Source: Dimorphilus gyrociliatus (Eukaryota; Animalia; Annelida). Taken from it: a stretch of DNA of 64,000 nucleotides. The DNA is taken from contig CAJFCJ010000036.1 in assembly GCA_904063045.1 (NCBI GenBank), positions 62,001 to 126,000 of the forward strand, read 5' to 3'. Below are positions 37,897 through 52,458 of the stretch, one piece after another. How positions within the stretch are numbered: position 1 is the first letter of the stretch; each line of letters begins with the position of its first letter. A program made the translations under genes and the position numbers. The notes under the pieces were generated by a model, which was not told where the DNA came from, did no database searches, and saw only the letters and a list, made by a program, of their open reading frames with translations.

Positions 37897-38797
37897 TTAA
37901 AGTTTCTTTTCCATTTTGTAACCTCCCTGCAAATGAAAAAAAAGGGAAGAAGCATGAAATTAACTAATATTTAAAAAAATAAATATTAATAAAATAATAT
38001 AAAAAACCTTGTTGCCAAAAGCAAAGTATTTATTAATGATAAAAAGTGTTTTTGGCAAGTAGCCAAAACTTTCGTACAGTCTTTTACCTTGAAAATTTTC
38101 AAGATAAACAAAGAGAAAGATTTTCTGAAAGTAAAGAAAAAAAGGAACATATTTTATTCTGCTATAGAAATTTCTGTTCTGTTCATCATTTTACTAACTC
38201 GGAATCCTCTTCTTATTGCTTCTTGATGAGCAGAGTGTAATAGAATTTTACCGACTCCATTACCCCTCAATTCTTTATCAACAGCTAATAAATTTAAATG
38301 ACATTCTCCATCTTCCAATTTCAGCAAATGCTCAGACATTCCAAATGATAGAAAACATTTTAATTTTGTTAAAAGTGAAAATTCCTTTGCAGCATTATCG
38401 TCATTATCTTTAGTACTAAAAAAAATTTCAATTTTTAAAAAAATTTAAAAATTTAAATATTTAAATAAAATATAAACTTTGAATATTTCATTTCGCATAT
38501 TCCAACTATTTTACCATTTTTTTCAGCAACTAGCACATCTTTAACGTCTTTTTTAATACTATTCACCATACTAAGGCAAGCTTTTTCATCTTTTTCTACA
38601 TCGTTTGTCTTTCCAATAATAAATAGAACATCTTCCATAAAACCTTGAGAAATGATATAATTGATTCCATCCTTGTCCGATTGCTTTCCATCTCTTACTA
38701 TTACATTTGAATCATTTACTATTTTTGGTGGTTTTGAAGCCAAATTCTCATCCATATTTAATTTTATTACTTTAACAAACAAATTAAAAATCCACAT
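37897..38797 (-). CDS. GNAT-family acetyltransferase 1 (4 coding exons)
   Basis: VAEKNGKIVG; HLNLLAVDKELRGNGVGKILL (acetyl-CoA motif A); LFVYLENFQGKRLYESFGY (motif B); ends GGYKMEKKL*. Start at 38797 or 38755. Confidence 0.88.
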
Positions 38798-39419
38798 GTT
38801 TCTATTGAATAAAAAGAAAAATAATATCATCATTTATATTCAATATCCAGTATTACTTTTAATTTTAAAAGTCACGTGTTAAAATAGAGCATCTCTTTTT
38901 TTTTTAATTTAAATATTACCTAACAAACATGTAATTCATCTGACATATTTTATATAATAAATTTTAAATAAGAGAATTCTTTTCCAACAGAAGTGTCACG
39001 TGACAAGTATTTTACAACCAAATAAGATATTTTATATAAGCAATGGTAAAAGACGTTTATACCTGTAAGCAATGTGACCGTTGTAGGTAATGATTTCTTC
39101 GAATTAAATACTTAGTTACTTCCTATCATCTCAGCAACTTGGCTAAACTGATAAGGACAGTAAGATAAGATATATTTTATTACTGGTATTATAACTTATC
39201 GATAGGATATAATCAGTAAATAAAAGCTCAAAAGGTCAAATATCTCAAAAATTTCATTATTAGGCAACAATATATGTTGTATAATAGATTACAAAAAGTT
39301 TAGGACTTGAGTTTTTTGGATAGAACAATAGCTGAAAGGAATAAGATGTCCATTTATTCTACTTAGAGCCGTCCCATTCAAATGCTAGATGTACTCAAAC
39401 AGGGTTTTTCCATCATAGT

Positions 39420-40310
39420 CCATTATTTTTATAGTCTATCATAAGCTTTCAATTTGCCTTTTTAGCAAAAGTCCCTTAATAATCATACCAAGTGAAAAAA
39501 TGTCTACGTTTTCGATTTGTTTGGATTTATCGCCAATTCTGATAATATTTAAATGATAATTTCTCTTTGACAACTGCAAAACATAAAAGGAAAAGGTTAT
39601 CAGATAAATTCCTACAAAAAGTAGAAGCTTGATTAAGAGAACAGCAAAATAATGCTAAAAAATACTTTTTTCAAAAATTTCATTCAATTTCAGTAAAAAA
39701 TTCAATTTGCTATTTTTTGTCTTTAAATAAATAGAAAGAGAAAAATTTTCAACATATCTTCAGTAATTTCTTTTTTCCAACTTTCTCTTATAGTTTAAAT
39801 ATTCACCAAAAGTATAACGGAATGGATTTAAAATTGAATTTAAAGGCAATAAAAATCATACCAGCAAACTTAGATTAGTATTATTTATATCAATACTATA
39901 AAATAATGTTAAAATTCCTTAAATTGAAAATAGAAAGAAAAACCGGATGTAAATTTAAATAAATATCTTAAGAGATAACATTTTTTGATTGACAAAGTTT
40001 AATATTTCTCAAAGATAGGTCATGCCCCACATAAGAGAACGAATAATATGCATCAATTGCACCAATTGTCAATATGTAGTACGAGGTAATGAGATCACTA
40101 AATGTTAAAAGTATTTGGAAATATCTAACATTTTTATTTATTAACTAATTGATAGAAATTGATAAGGTATTTCCAAGTAGGCCTACAATACCAATTCCAG
40201 ATAAAACATTCTTTAATTCAAAAAATGAAATCGCTGATTTATTTAAAAACAAAAACTGTAAATTTTTAAGTGATTCAAAAGAATTTTCTTCAATAAAAGA
40301 AATTCGACAT
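39420..40310 (-). pseudogene. Heavily deleted LRR-7TM-pseudokinase (GRL101-like) relic
   Basis: CRISFIEENSFESLKNLQFLFLN (LRR), GIVGLLGNTL (TM1), FSDLITSYYILTIGAIDAYY (TM2), LLPLNSILNPFRY (TM7), VDIFSLGMII (kinase subdomain IX-like); stops and deletions. Confidence 0.68.
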
Positions 40311-40989
40311 TTTCACATTTTTAATATTTTGAATTCTTTCAAAATTTCAAAATCGTTTCGTTTAATTGTTTGAATGTTTGAAGAAGAAAAGTCAACATAT
40401 CTCACGTGCCTGCATTTCAATATCTTGCCGAAAAATGACAATGGCGGTATTTTATTGTCGCCAATGTCAAGGTACTGTAATATGTCAAGGTAACTGTAAA
40501 TCTCATTTGGTTTTCAAACCAAAGTAGAGTTATCAGCATAAGTATCAGATATTCTTTGTCCTAAAAGAAAAGTACGTGTCTTAGAGATTGTTTAAAGAGT
40601 CCATTTTAATTTGTTGAAACATATAACCGGAAATGATATATCTAAGCATTTTGGAACAGAAACTTGGCTAAAATATTTGGAATGTTGAAAATAATAAGAG
40701 CCTTTGTTTAGATTTTCAAAAGTATAAAATTTCTAAAAGAGTAGAAAAATATTTTGTATGAAAATATTGACCAAAGAATTCTATTTATAGACAACAAGAA
40801 TTTGAATCACATGTTTTCATACTTTTGGATGAAGAATTAATATCTTAAATGCACTAAATTCTCTCTTTATTGGGCTATTTACCCTTTAATAGGTAAGTAA
40901 ACTTGAATTCCTAGGACAATGGAATGTAATCACTTTTTCTTTTTCTTTAATACCTTATATTATATCCTTTATTTTTCTGACATAATCTT

Positions 40990-41996
40990 GCTCTTTTATG
41001 GAAGCTTTTGTATAAATTTGTAATATACCAATTTGGTATGTTATTAAATTCCTCCTCTACTGCCCTCTAATCATCTTTTGTCTGGAAAACATGGGTTTGC
41101 AACCTGTTTTTTAAGTAAGCCCACAAATTTTCAATAATGTTTAATTCTGGGCTTCTGGATGGCCAGTCTTGCAAAACTACTATATTGTTTCTCTCAAGAA
41201 ATGTCCTTGTAGATGCCGATGTATGACATTTGGCACCATCCTGCATAAGCAGGTTGTCTGGCTCAAAAATTGGAAAGAGCTTCTCCTCAATTATTTCTTG
41301 GTATAAATTGCTATCCATATAACCATTATATAATTTTATAGCTCTTGTCCCATCAGCCTTTATACACCCCCATATTGATATTGAAGCATTTGCTGTTTGA
41401 ATGGCTTTTTTTGACTATTTTATTTACAGTTTATGACTCCCCCTATGGACCCAAATTCTCCTTTTTGGATATAACTCAATCGGACTCTCATCAGAAAATA
41501 TAATTTATATCTTGTTGACTCTTATTTAACATAGACAAACAAAAAGATTTTCTATTTCTTGCATGGCAAGGTTTTAGTGCTGGCTTACTTGTTGCAACAT
41601 AGCCTTTAAGGTTGTTTTTTGCAAAATCTTTTTGCATGTTAATAGAGAAATTTTGGAACCTAATCCTGAATGTTCAAGCACATTCCTTGCTGTTAGAAAT
41701 GGATTTCTCTTTGAAATCTGACAAATTTTTCTCTCTTCCCTTTCTGTTAGAATCTTTGGGGTGCATAATTTCGATAAATACTTAATAGTTCCATGTTTCT
41801 CAAACTTTTTTATTATGTAATGGACAGGTCCCTGTGAAATTTTTAATTGTTTTGCAATTTCATTCATTGACATCTTCTCCTTCCTCTTTTCCATCAATAA
41901 TTTTCTCATATCCAAGCTTATTTTTGGCATTTTTAACTTTTTTAAAATTGTTATCCAACTTTGATTCTTGACATAAATTTTTGTGTGGGAAAGCAA
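40990..41996 (-). mobile_element. Degenerate Tc1 element (DD35E type)
   Basis: HTH/NPFLTARNVL, IFSDES, WGCIKADG, QDGAKCH..WPSRSPELNIIE; frameshifted. Confidence 0.88.
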
Positions 41997-43106
41997 AAAA
42001 AGTTTGTCATTTTCGTAAATTTTTAATTATTGTTCAAAAATAGGATATCGGGTACTTTTCACGATTTTTTCAGAATAAAATATTTTTTGTTATTCAAACA
42101 GTAAAATACAAAGATTTAATTTATTGAATATGTTGATTACAAAGTCACAATATTGATTATAAAATATCATATTTGCACCAAAACTTTTATTATAATTAGT
42201 CAATGTTTTATTAAAATATTCATTCTTTTTACAAAGCTCTTCCCAAAATGAACTTTGACCCTGGATTATGTAAATTATATTTCTTGTCCTTAATAATAGT
42301 GCATAAGTATTGTATTTAAATATAAAAGTGTAAATATCCAAAAGAAGACATAAGCGTTCAGTAAAAATGTTAAACAGTATTTAAAGAAACTGGTTCAAGT
42401 AGAATTATTTTTAAAACATTGCAATTGAAGAGTTAAGAATGGCAAACAAGTTGAATCGTTGTATCTATTTTTATCAAATCAATATCGTTTCAAATATATT
42501 TAAATATATTTTTACTTACAATTTACAACAAGACTCTTTTTATTTTCCAAATTTTAGACGCCTTTCTCCGTCCTTAATCTTTTTGGCAAACGTAAACGAA
42601 AATAAGAATCTAAGCCCAATTTCCTACATATTTCATTCGAATGACGTAACGAAATAACTTGACAATTAATGTAATAAGTTCTAGTGTTATTTGATAATTT
42701 AATAATTAAAGTTCCTTGAACGGATATTAAATCAAATTTTTTGTCAATTAAATAAAGATTATTCGAAAATTCATCTATATTTATTATTAAATCAGATATA
42801 ATTGTTTTTAAGTAGGCCATTATTTAAAAAATAAGAAATAACGTTTCAAATTTCTTCATTTTATCTATTCAATATAAAAAAGAACCCGTTTACCAGTTTT
42901 TTTTTCAATAATTACAATAAATAGATTATTATGAATTGAACTTGTAATTTGTTACTGATTAAATTATAGGCCTACTAGTAGTTAATGTTTACTTTTTATT
43001 ATCTACCAAATTATAAATAGACATTCTTTTAATCATCTTTCACTCATAATCTTTTTTAGTAAAGATTATAGTTTATATGTTTTTTTTCTAAAAATAAATT
43101 TATCGG

Positions 43107-44009
43107 TTACGAGAGAGTAGCTACAAATATTTTTCCATTCTGAAAGTTTTCTGTAATGGAGGAAAGAAAATTAAAGGAAATTGAAAAATTTTGAATAATC
43201 TTTTCTTTTTACTTTATAACCAAAATTAATGAATTTTGGACATTGAATTTCCTGAGTAATGATATAACCAAGTCTTTTATAGAGGCTCAATTGGTCTCCA
43301 TATTCGGAAAATACAGTTAAAGTCATTTTCTGTGGACGAGATAAGAGATTTTAAAAATAATTAATAAATTAATTAATTAATGACCTTTGCCCCTCTTTGC
43401 TCAGCTATATATTCTGCGAATTTCATTAGATTGAATCCAATACCTTTTCCCCTTAGATTAGAATCTACGACCATAAATTCAAGATATTGATCACTTTCGT
43501 CAGCATATTGATAAATAATTTCCATTTGCCAAAATGTTAATAGTAGTTTTATTGCTCCGAAAAATGGTACAGTTTTAAATACTTCACTTACTGGCAAAGC
43601 TTTTTCCTGCCTGATAAAATTATTTATTAGTTAATTAATTATTCGTTAATTAATCAATAATTAACCTATTGAAATCCTGCATTTTCAAGAAACCTTTGGC
43701 TTTATTGTCTACCTCTGCAACAATAAAATTCCGTTTAGTTATTTCGTCTTGTTCTACAGATTTGAACCAAAAATCCACTATAGTTTCTAAATTATCCTCT
43801 CCAACAATGAAAGAATATTCTTTAGTGTGACCGTACGTTAGATATTTTGCTAATATTCGTGTGTCTTCATTTTTGAATTTTCGAAACTTAACACCATCTA
43901 GAACAGGTTTTGGTCTTTTCGCATTACTTTTAGTCTTTAAAAAGTCTTCGTATTTTGGTAAATAAGCAATTCGTTTACTTCGAATTAACAATCTTGTTAA
44001 ATAGTTCAT
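43107..44009 (-). CDS. GNAT-family acetyltransferase 2 (4 coding exons, same intron positions as GNAT 1)
   Basis: FIVAEVDNKAKG; YLEFMVVDSNLRGKGIGFNLM; LTVFSEYGDQLSLYKRLGY; ends FRMEKIFVATLS*. Confidence 0.88.
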
Positions 44010-45910
44010 AATTAATCGTTGAAAAAGGTCAAGGACTCTTTTATTAATTACAATTCTTTTACTAATTGGTCAGTAATAGAGGAGTGAAGTCTACTAGAGC
44101 AAGAGACTGATATCCAGCTGCGATTACATGCTATTTATGTAAGGCCAGAACCTATATACTTTATAGCAACATGATGTTAAGATAAGAATAACAGATAAAA
44201 TCGATTGAAAATTTCGATTTTGAATTATTAAATCATTACAAAATAATTCTATTCTTTCTATCTCAACTATAAGATCTACATGTTAAATATGTCGATCAAT
44301 TATTGATATTACAGTGATAGTTATCATACATTATAAAGTCACGATAATAAGTAATTATAATAAGTGATAAAACGTTTTAAACGTGCGAATTTTTTGACGA
44401 CCAAAGCATCTTTATAGTCTAGATGATTGACAAAGGTATAAGCAATTTGAAAACAGTTGCTATGACGTTACAATTAAGAGTTATTATCTCCCAGATCACA
44501 AACAATAACAAGGAAAATGGAATTGTAGATTACAAACAAATGAAGATTTAAACCAAACTGGAAAGCGCAAGAAATTTTACAAAACTGTACTGTGCCTATT
44601 CAGATATTATTGTCTGATGTCAAAAAGGTTTTATGCAAATACATGTTAAATTGGAAGAGTTGAAAAATAGGCCCTTCTAAAATCCAACTCTAAAAAGCAA
44701 TGAAAATTATATAACACCAAATAATCATATTATAAGACCATTTTCCCTTGTACTAATTACTTATTATCGTGACTGTATGAACAAGGAGTATTTTCCTACA
44801 GGAAACTTGAATTTTTTAAAAAATCGCCCACTTAAATCAATATTTCTTTGTTGTTTTACGCTAAGAACAGCCGATATTTTATCTTCTACTCTTCAAAAAC
44901 TGTCGCTCTCCTCCTGTACATTCGACTTCAATGTACGCCTAAAAGAAGACACGACTACCCATCAACTCTCCAATTTGAAAGATTTAGAAATGGTATACTG
45001 CTGTACATCCGATTAGTCAAATCTTAATGATTTATTGAAATACTGTACTAGGCTTGGCCGTTTTATTATGAGAAACAAGATTAAGGAAAAGAAGACCAGG
45101 AGAAAGCAACATTTATCGAATAATTCCACGTTTTCTCTTCCAAACGTTAAGAAATAATTGTAAAAAAATAAAAAATGCTGATCTTTCACCTTCGCTTTTC
45201 ATTTAATACGATGCTGAAGAATTTGCAGAAATTTTTACACTGTTCACTACACTTGAATCTTTAAATTTATGATTCAATTTCGAAATGGGAAGGGGAATTC
45301 GAGCGATATGCGAGGGAATTTGCTCATCATCGTTCAATACTCTCAAATTCTTTATAATGAAAAGCTGTCGTCTCAGTTATATGCCATCAGAATACCTTAA
45401 TTTACTGATAACATGTAAACAGTTGAAGATAATCAGATAAACTAGTCCTGAATCTGTCAAGATTAAAAACTGCTCCACCTAGAAGTTTAGACGAATTTGT
45501 ACTCTATATTATCTATATTAAATGTTATTAAAAGAAGATAAATTAGGCGACAGCGTCACCAATTCAGCAACTTTAGTATTGCAAGCGCTACTCAATGAAA
45601 ATTAAATAGGTCTAATGGACTCTTTAAACTCCTACTAGTAGCAGGAATGGCAGTTGACCAGAGCTAGAGGATATTCTCAATTTTTAACAGAAGAGCGCTG
45701 CTAACCCCAATGTCTATAAGACTTGAAATACTCTACTGGAAATTTAAATTGCAATCGTTTACGCTACATGTCCGACGTTAGGAAAATCTTTATTAACAAA
45801 GTCCTTTTTGAACGTTGAAGCCATTTTATTTGGTCGATTAATAGTAAACTGGTACAATCAACAGAATATTTTTGAATTTCTATTGGTCTATTGTATTTCT
45901 TAAATATAAA

Positions 45911-48900
45911 TCACTTGACTTGTATATTAACTCTCCTTTGTAATATATTCCTTACAAACTTTCCATAAGATAGCATATCCATTCTCTCATTCGACGAGTT
46001 CAATTGTTCAAGCGAGCACGTATCAATTTTAAAATGACGGCCATCATAGAAAATAGATTTTAGAGTTATATCTCCATTTAACGATAATGAATATCGGTGA
46101 CAAAAGCAAATTGCTTGACAAACGTCTTTTAAACATTTTAAATATTTTGAATTTTTAAAGAAATTATTATTCAAATTTAAACTTTCAACATTTTCGCAAT
46201 GGCAAATTAGTCCTTTTTCGCAACGAAATTTTATAAAATTGAAGCTTTTATTAAATAAACTTTCTTTAAAAGTTTCCATAAATTTCTGCCTAGATAAAAA
46301 ATTATTTAAATTTAAAATTTTGAATTTTAAAATGTTTGTCATTTAATTTTACTTTGCAATAAGCGATTTAGATTTTTTAAAGTTGATTAAATCTTTTAAT
46401 TCAGCTGCGGAATAAATGAATGGGTTTAAAAGTGGATTAACTTGAATTAATACAGCTATTATCCAAGTATAGGCTTCTTTGTCAAAATTAATATACACCA
46501 ATGATGAAAATGTACCTGTTTGAGCGAAAATATAAGGAAATGTATAAAATTGACAGAAATATACCCATAAGCGAAATAGGAAGCCAACAACACAAATTTG
46601 TAAATGTCACCATAAAAGCCGATTGAAATAATTTGAAAAAACGGTTTCTTAATTGTTCTTTTGATAGAATTCGCTTAGATTTTAAAATTTCTTTTAAGAT
46701 TAAAAAGTATAAAAAACCATTCAACAGACAGCAAACCAATAAAAAAAGGCCATAAACTAAAAATGAATACCACCATCCTTCACCTTTCGAACTTCTTATG
46801 TGTAGTGAAAAACAAATTGGTGATGTTGCGTAATATCCCTATTTGAAAAACTTATCTTATTTTAAATGGTACAAAATAACAAAAAACAACACTAATTTAT
46901 TTGGAGCTACACAACTGAAAATCCTAAAATTGGCACCATTCCAAAAAGAACCGACAATAACAAACAGGCTATAAATATGAACAAAATTCTTTTAATGTTT
47001 AAAAACTTGCTAAAAGGATGAACTATAATCATATATCTTTCAACCGATACGCATAGGATGCAGAGTGAAGAAAAGCATATTGAAAAACTAGCAAATGCGC
47101 CTATACCTGTACAAATAACACCATTTCTCCATTTATCATCATATTCAATATATACATCTCTGTAAATCTCATCAGCAATTCCCAAAGAAAATAAATACAT
47201 TCCAGTGAATAAATCTCCAATTGATACTCCTATGCTAAATATCTTCTTTTCTCTCTTTCCTTTTGACATATTTATAATTAAAATAAAAATATTCGCAATT
47301 AATGAGAGAATTGCGAATGTCCAAATGATGATTCTAATTGTTCTTGTTCCAAGTAGATCTGTACAAGAATTGATAAGCATTTCACTGGGGAGACAATGTT
47401 TAATGTTGCGCAACAATTTCCATGACAAACAACATAATTTGAAACTTTTCGAGAAAATCTTTTCCACATTTTCAAAATTGTTCATTAATTTTGAATTCAC
47501 CGCATCGCTTCGGATCGACGTTCCGTTCAGATGCAACTCTTTTAGGTTTGGGGTCGACGAGAAAACATTCTCTTCTATTTCCCTTAGCCGGCAGCCTTTC
47601 ATTACAAGAACCTTCAAGGTTTTCACATTCTTCAAAGTCCCCCTCCGCAAACTGACCACTTTCGTATAAGACAAATCCAAGATGGATATTGAAGAATACT
47701 CTGGAAATTCAAAGTCTTCTTCCAACCGCAAAGGATTCCGCCCAATTCTCAGGTGCTGAAGCAACAGCAAACGTCCCTTTAACAGACCCGAAACAGATTC
47801 TATCTTGTTATTTTCAAAATCCAAATAGAAAACGTTGGGGAAAAAGGCGGAAACCTCAAAAGTGGAAAATGACAAACAATTTGTAATTTGCAAGAAGGTC
47901 AAGTGAAACGATTGCGTTGTTGGCTTTGCGAAATCTCTCAAACCGTCTACAATCACTTTCTTATGGTCGAAAATACGAAAATCCCGACTAACAGTAGTAG
48001 TACAGTTCATCACGTAAAATGGCCGACAACTGCAGTTTGTTGCGCAAGTAAACTGATCGAAACAAAACAATTCGTCACTTCCATCCAAACAGTTGACTAT
48101 TCCGTCGCAAACATTCGTAATGTTTATGTAATAATTCTCTTCTTTTGAACATTTAAAAAATCCCCTTGGTTTGTACTTTTCTATAAACAAACAATCGACG
48201 ATTAGACGATTGAATGAAGGAAACGTAGAAGCAAAAGTTAAAACAAAAGCTGAGGAATGTGCGAAAGAAAGGGATAAGAGAATCACTGAACGAAAGAGGG
48301 AAGAAGTGATTGATTGAATGCATAGAGATGAACAGAGAAGACCACTACACCTATCTTACCACAGTTGATCTCATCATCACCGAGTAGGCAATGATTAATA
48401 TTATCACAAACCTGTTGAATTGATATACAATACTTTTCCTGTTTACACTGATACTGTCCAAATGAACAGTTTTTGATATGGGAACAATTTGATAATTGAT
48501 AAAATGGCACATTTGGTTTAGTTTTTATAAATCCCATGGAATCATAATGTAAATTACAATGATATTGTTGAAATTTGATGTGATTATTGTTACATTGATT
48601 ATCGCGATTATCGGTTACGCTGGCACAAACAAAACCTTCGTCCACTTCATTTTTACAGTCGTATTTCAAGTCGCACAAGAGATCTTTATCAATACATTTT
48701 TTATCGCAGTAAAACTGAGTATCTTTAATGCAATCTATTAAAACGAAAAATTTGTTCTTTTCTTATCTATTCATAACGTAAATGGGGTAGAATCTTGTCT
48801 TTACCGAATGTCTCTTCTGAATAGCAAATTTCGTCTGTTTTATCGTAACAATTGTATTCATTATCGCAAAAATTTTTGTCTTCAATGCATTGTCCGTTAT

Positions 48901-51900
48901 CGCATTTCTTATAATTTGGCCTATTCAAAGAGGATATCATCCTCCCTCTGTCCTGACAATCATTCCAAGCTATGAATAGATGAAGATCAACATGTTATTT
49001 TCTCTTTGAACATACAAAGATAAATTCAATACAAACAGCAAAACTCTTCGTCCTGGTTATTCAAACAATCTTTAACAAAATTGCAAACATGTTGAAAGGC
49101 AAGTCTTTGTCCACTGTTACAATGATACTGTTTATCGTAGTTATTGTATCCCATGGTGCAATTGTCTTCATCTTCGCCAGAAGGACAATCGATATAATTA
49201 TTGCACAAATTTATAACATTTATACAAATATTATCTTTTAAACACTTGAACGAATTATTTGAACAGGTGATTTCGATATTCAAATTGAGTATATTATTCA
49301 AATGATTCAACGACTTTAATGAGTAGTATCTACTATTGAACAGTAATATAATTAATATTAATATATTCATATATATTATGTAAATTAATTACTTGATAGA
49401 ATCCATACAAAAATAGAAAGAAAACGTCTTACTTATACAAGTTTCCCTATTATAATTTATGAATGACCGGTATGAATTTCGTTTAGAACGGTCAATTTGT
49501 TTAAATATTGTGCAATCTTCCGGATAGGAAAATATTAAATTATCAGGATTAATTTCAGTTGAAAGCGATTTGTAAAAATTGCAGGGCGTCCTTTAAAAAT
49601 ATAGTAATGGATGTTAAAATAGAAAATAGGCCTAATGTATTACGATTATAAATATAAGTAGTATATTTTACTTATCGTATCTATCAATAAGAGATGTTGT
49701 AAATTCGTAAGGAGTATTGTAAGTAGTTAATTTCACGGAGACGTTTCTCGAATTCAATTTATCTTTATAATCTTGATAGGAGAGATAGGAAAGGTTTGAA
49801 TTATAAATTCTTATAGGCCTAATATATTAATATCATATTTACACGTAATAAATGAAAATTTATTTTGCAGTTTATAATGATTTGCAAAAAATTCAGAAAT
49901 TGCAAAAAATTTTTTCTCTACGTTATGAATAGAGAAATTAGGAATATTCAAAGATAATTTTGAACAGATCTTGTCTATTTCATAAATATTTATTCTCCTT
50001 GTACTTTGGAATAAATAATAACAACTTCCGTAGAATGAAAAGGAATTTTTGTATGAACAATGTTTTGAATTCGAATGGGTGCATTCAATTAAATAGTCTA
50101 TCTGTTTTCTTTCCTTTGAAAAGTATTTCAAGAAGTCATATTTCTATAGAATGGAGAACACACCAATTGTATTAATTGAAGGAATATTTTGTTTTTGTCT
50201 TTACAATTTTCCATGGTGGAGTTGCTATAAAGCCATAAGAATTCTTTAAATCTGTACACTCATTTAAACTCGTATTTTCACTCTGACATTCAATGCCAGG
50301 GTGTAGCTGGATTGGTATGAAATACGTATTATCCGCAGCTTCACTGATTAGAGTTCCCGAAGTAAATCCAAAATGGCGGCAAACAACGTCTATTTCTCTC
50401 TTTTTAAGAGAAAATGACCGAATGCTTAACCATATGTAATTTTTAAAAACTTGTAATATGCCGCTAATTTTTTCAATGTTACGTCTAGCCGTTTGTTGAT
50501 GGAGAGCATAAATTGATTTTTTATCGTTTAATAATCTATAGAGATTTTCTAGTTTGTCATCTAAAAATTCGTGTTTACCACATAGAAAATGATTTAGATA
50601 GAAGAAATGAATAAGAACCTTGAACAGAACTGACAGAATCGCATTCAAATTCTACCAAGTAATAAGCATAAATGATATGCTTAAGTTGGCATTCCAGATC
50701 TCGTCTGGTCCAATCGCAATTTATCATATGGAGACTCTTTGCCGAGTACTTAAGCAAATGAAAATTGAATATATTTTTACAGATTCCCACCTGTCCAAAA
50801 CATTATAAAATTTCAAAATTAAGCAGTATTTTAAACGGGAACAAACCGGAAGTGAGAACGGTTTAGGCAAGGGATTTGTATACTTCCCGCTAAATACTTT
50901 ATTAATTCTCTTACAAGCCATATGAAGATATTGTTGGAATACGTCGGAAGACGGAATGACAAATGGAATATTTCCAAAAGTTTTTGAATAGATTGAAATT
51001 GAACGAAAGAAACCTTCAGAGTTTGATAATTCACTTTTTATATAGAAAATCTTATAGGAATAGTCTCCATTTTCATTCATTCGATAAAAGTAGTCTGATT
51101 TGGTAAAATAAATAGGCCTATAATAGTTATTTTCCTTGTTTTTGACAATCTTCTTAGAAGGAGGAGGAAGGAAACTGTTTTTTTTCTCTCCCTCCAACTT
51201 CCGGTTCCTTTTTATTTATTTATATTTTTACCGCGAATTTGCCTATATGTACAGAATAGACTTTGATTATTTCCTTTACGATTTACTATTGTAAAATTGC
51301 CATTTCCGTCAATCGAAATATGAATAGTAGGTTTAAAATTCAAATTTTCGGCTATAAATTCAATTTTGTTGCATAATCTTTCGACAGCATTATGATTAGC
51401 AGCATTGCTAATCAGTACCACATACGAAATTTCTTCATTTCTAAGTATTATTGAGTACAATCCCTGGTTTGAAATTGATTCCACAGCATATAAATCTATT
51501 TATAATTAATGAATGGATTATTGCAAAATTTTGAGATAATCTTGAAAGAAGATTAGTACATGGTGACGTCTTTTTATAACATTTCATACAAAATATTTCT
51601 GAATGATTCTTGTATCGCAATATGTATTTATGTCTAAAAAGTATCAAAATGTTAATTATATTGAAATAAACAAGTTTACAGTAAAAATTTGAAATTGGAA
51701 ATGGTCATTAAATGCTTATGGTATGTAATGATAAAGTAATCGACATCACGTGACCTAGAGAATTAGCTTTTGTAAACTGTTCAATTTTACACCTTCTACA
51801 ATAAATATATAGATAATGTTATTACAAAAAGCAACATTCGATGGTTGAATCCTTGGTAAAATATTCTCCGTATTCGCCTTCGTTTGCTGTTTTTTTTATG

Positions 51901-52297
51901 AATTGAAATAAATTTGATGACGTCATTCGTTGTATAATTGTTTTCATATTTTTTTCATATAAATTGAATTGTACTTACTTAGGCTACTGTTACATGTTTC
52001 GGCTATAAAATGAACGCTATCATAGCCCATTCTAGAACACATATTTTGTAATTTTCTCTTGAATAAAAACGGACTAGGTTCAAAGAAATACGATTTGGTA
52101 TCATTGCCCAGTCGAATTTTCAATTTTCCATAAATCCATAGACGATTCTCTTGAATCGGTTCAAGATGATAATGAATTCTTTCATCATCAACATCAATTG
52201 AAGTTTTAACAATGATTTCATTTTCGGGACAAACACCTATAGTTGTATAGAGTAGTGTTGAAACTATAAAATGGATAAGCAATATTCTATGAGTCAT
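45911..52297 (-). CDS. Receptor A: GRL101/LGR-like (signal peptide, SRCR-like, CTL-like, LDLa repeats, LRR, 7TM, pseudokinase)
   Basis: Signal MTHRILLIHFIVSTLL; SRCR-like VVCRHFGF; CTL-like FYGSCYY; many C..CDG..DC..GEDE..C repeats; LRRs; 7TM with SVERY, CCWLP, NPLLNPFIY; phase-2 intron 46352-46290 joins an in-frame kinase-fold exon. The true 3' end may lie below 45911. Confidence 0.88.
47295..48381 (-). repeat. Left arm of 1,087-bp inverted repeat (last LDLa exons, 179-nt intron, LRRs, start of TM1)
   Basis: Reverse complement of 56162-57248. ORF-track translations are identical in several frames; the only mismatches I found are at 48350 and 48339. Confidence 0.95.
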
Positions 52298-52458
52298 AAC
52301 TTTTTGAAATGAATAATAAATAATGTTCATGAAATGTTGAAATTTCATTACTAAACAAAGAAAGAAGACAATATAAAGACAATATTGAATTACAAAAGAG
52401 AGATGATTTCCTATTTAAATAGTTTTTAACGTTTGTTTATTCCAATAATTTCTTTTGA
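52298..52458. promoter_or_regulatory. Candidate bidirectional promoter/5'UTR interval between receptors A and B
   Basis: Only ~160 bp separate the divergent signal-peptide start codons (52297 on minus, 52459 on plus). Confidence 0.55.

Noticed and set aside
40000-40070. AIDAYYSFSYVGHDLSLRNIKL as a kinase catalytic loop
   Set aside because: Context (preceded by TM1 and FSDL.., followed by a Cys) shows it is TM2/ECL1 of an LGR-type receptor.
47205-48148. Plus-strand ORFs (154, 65 and 86 aa) and their twins at 56395-57218
   Set aside because: Antisense shadows of the LRR exon; they are duplicated only because the DNA block is duplicated.
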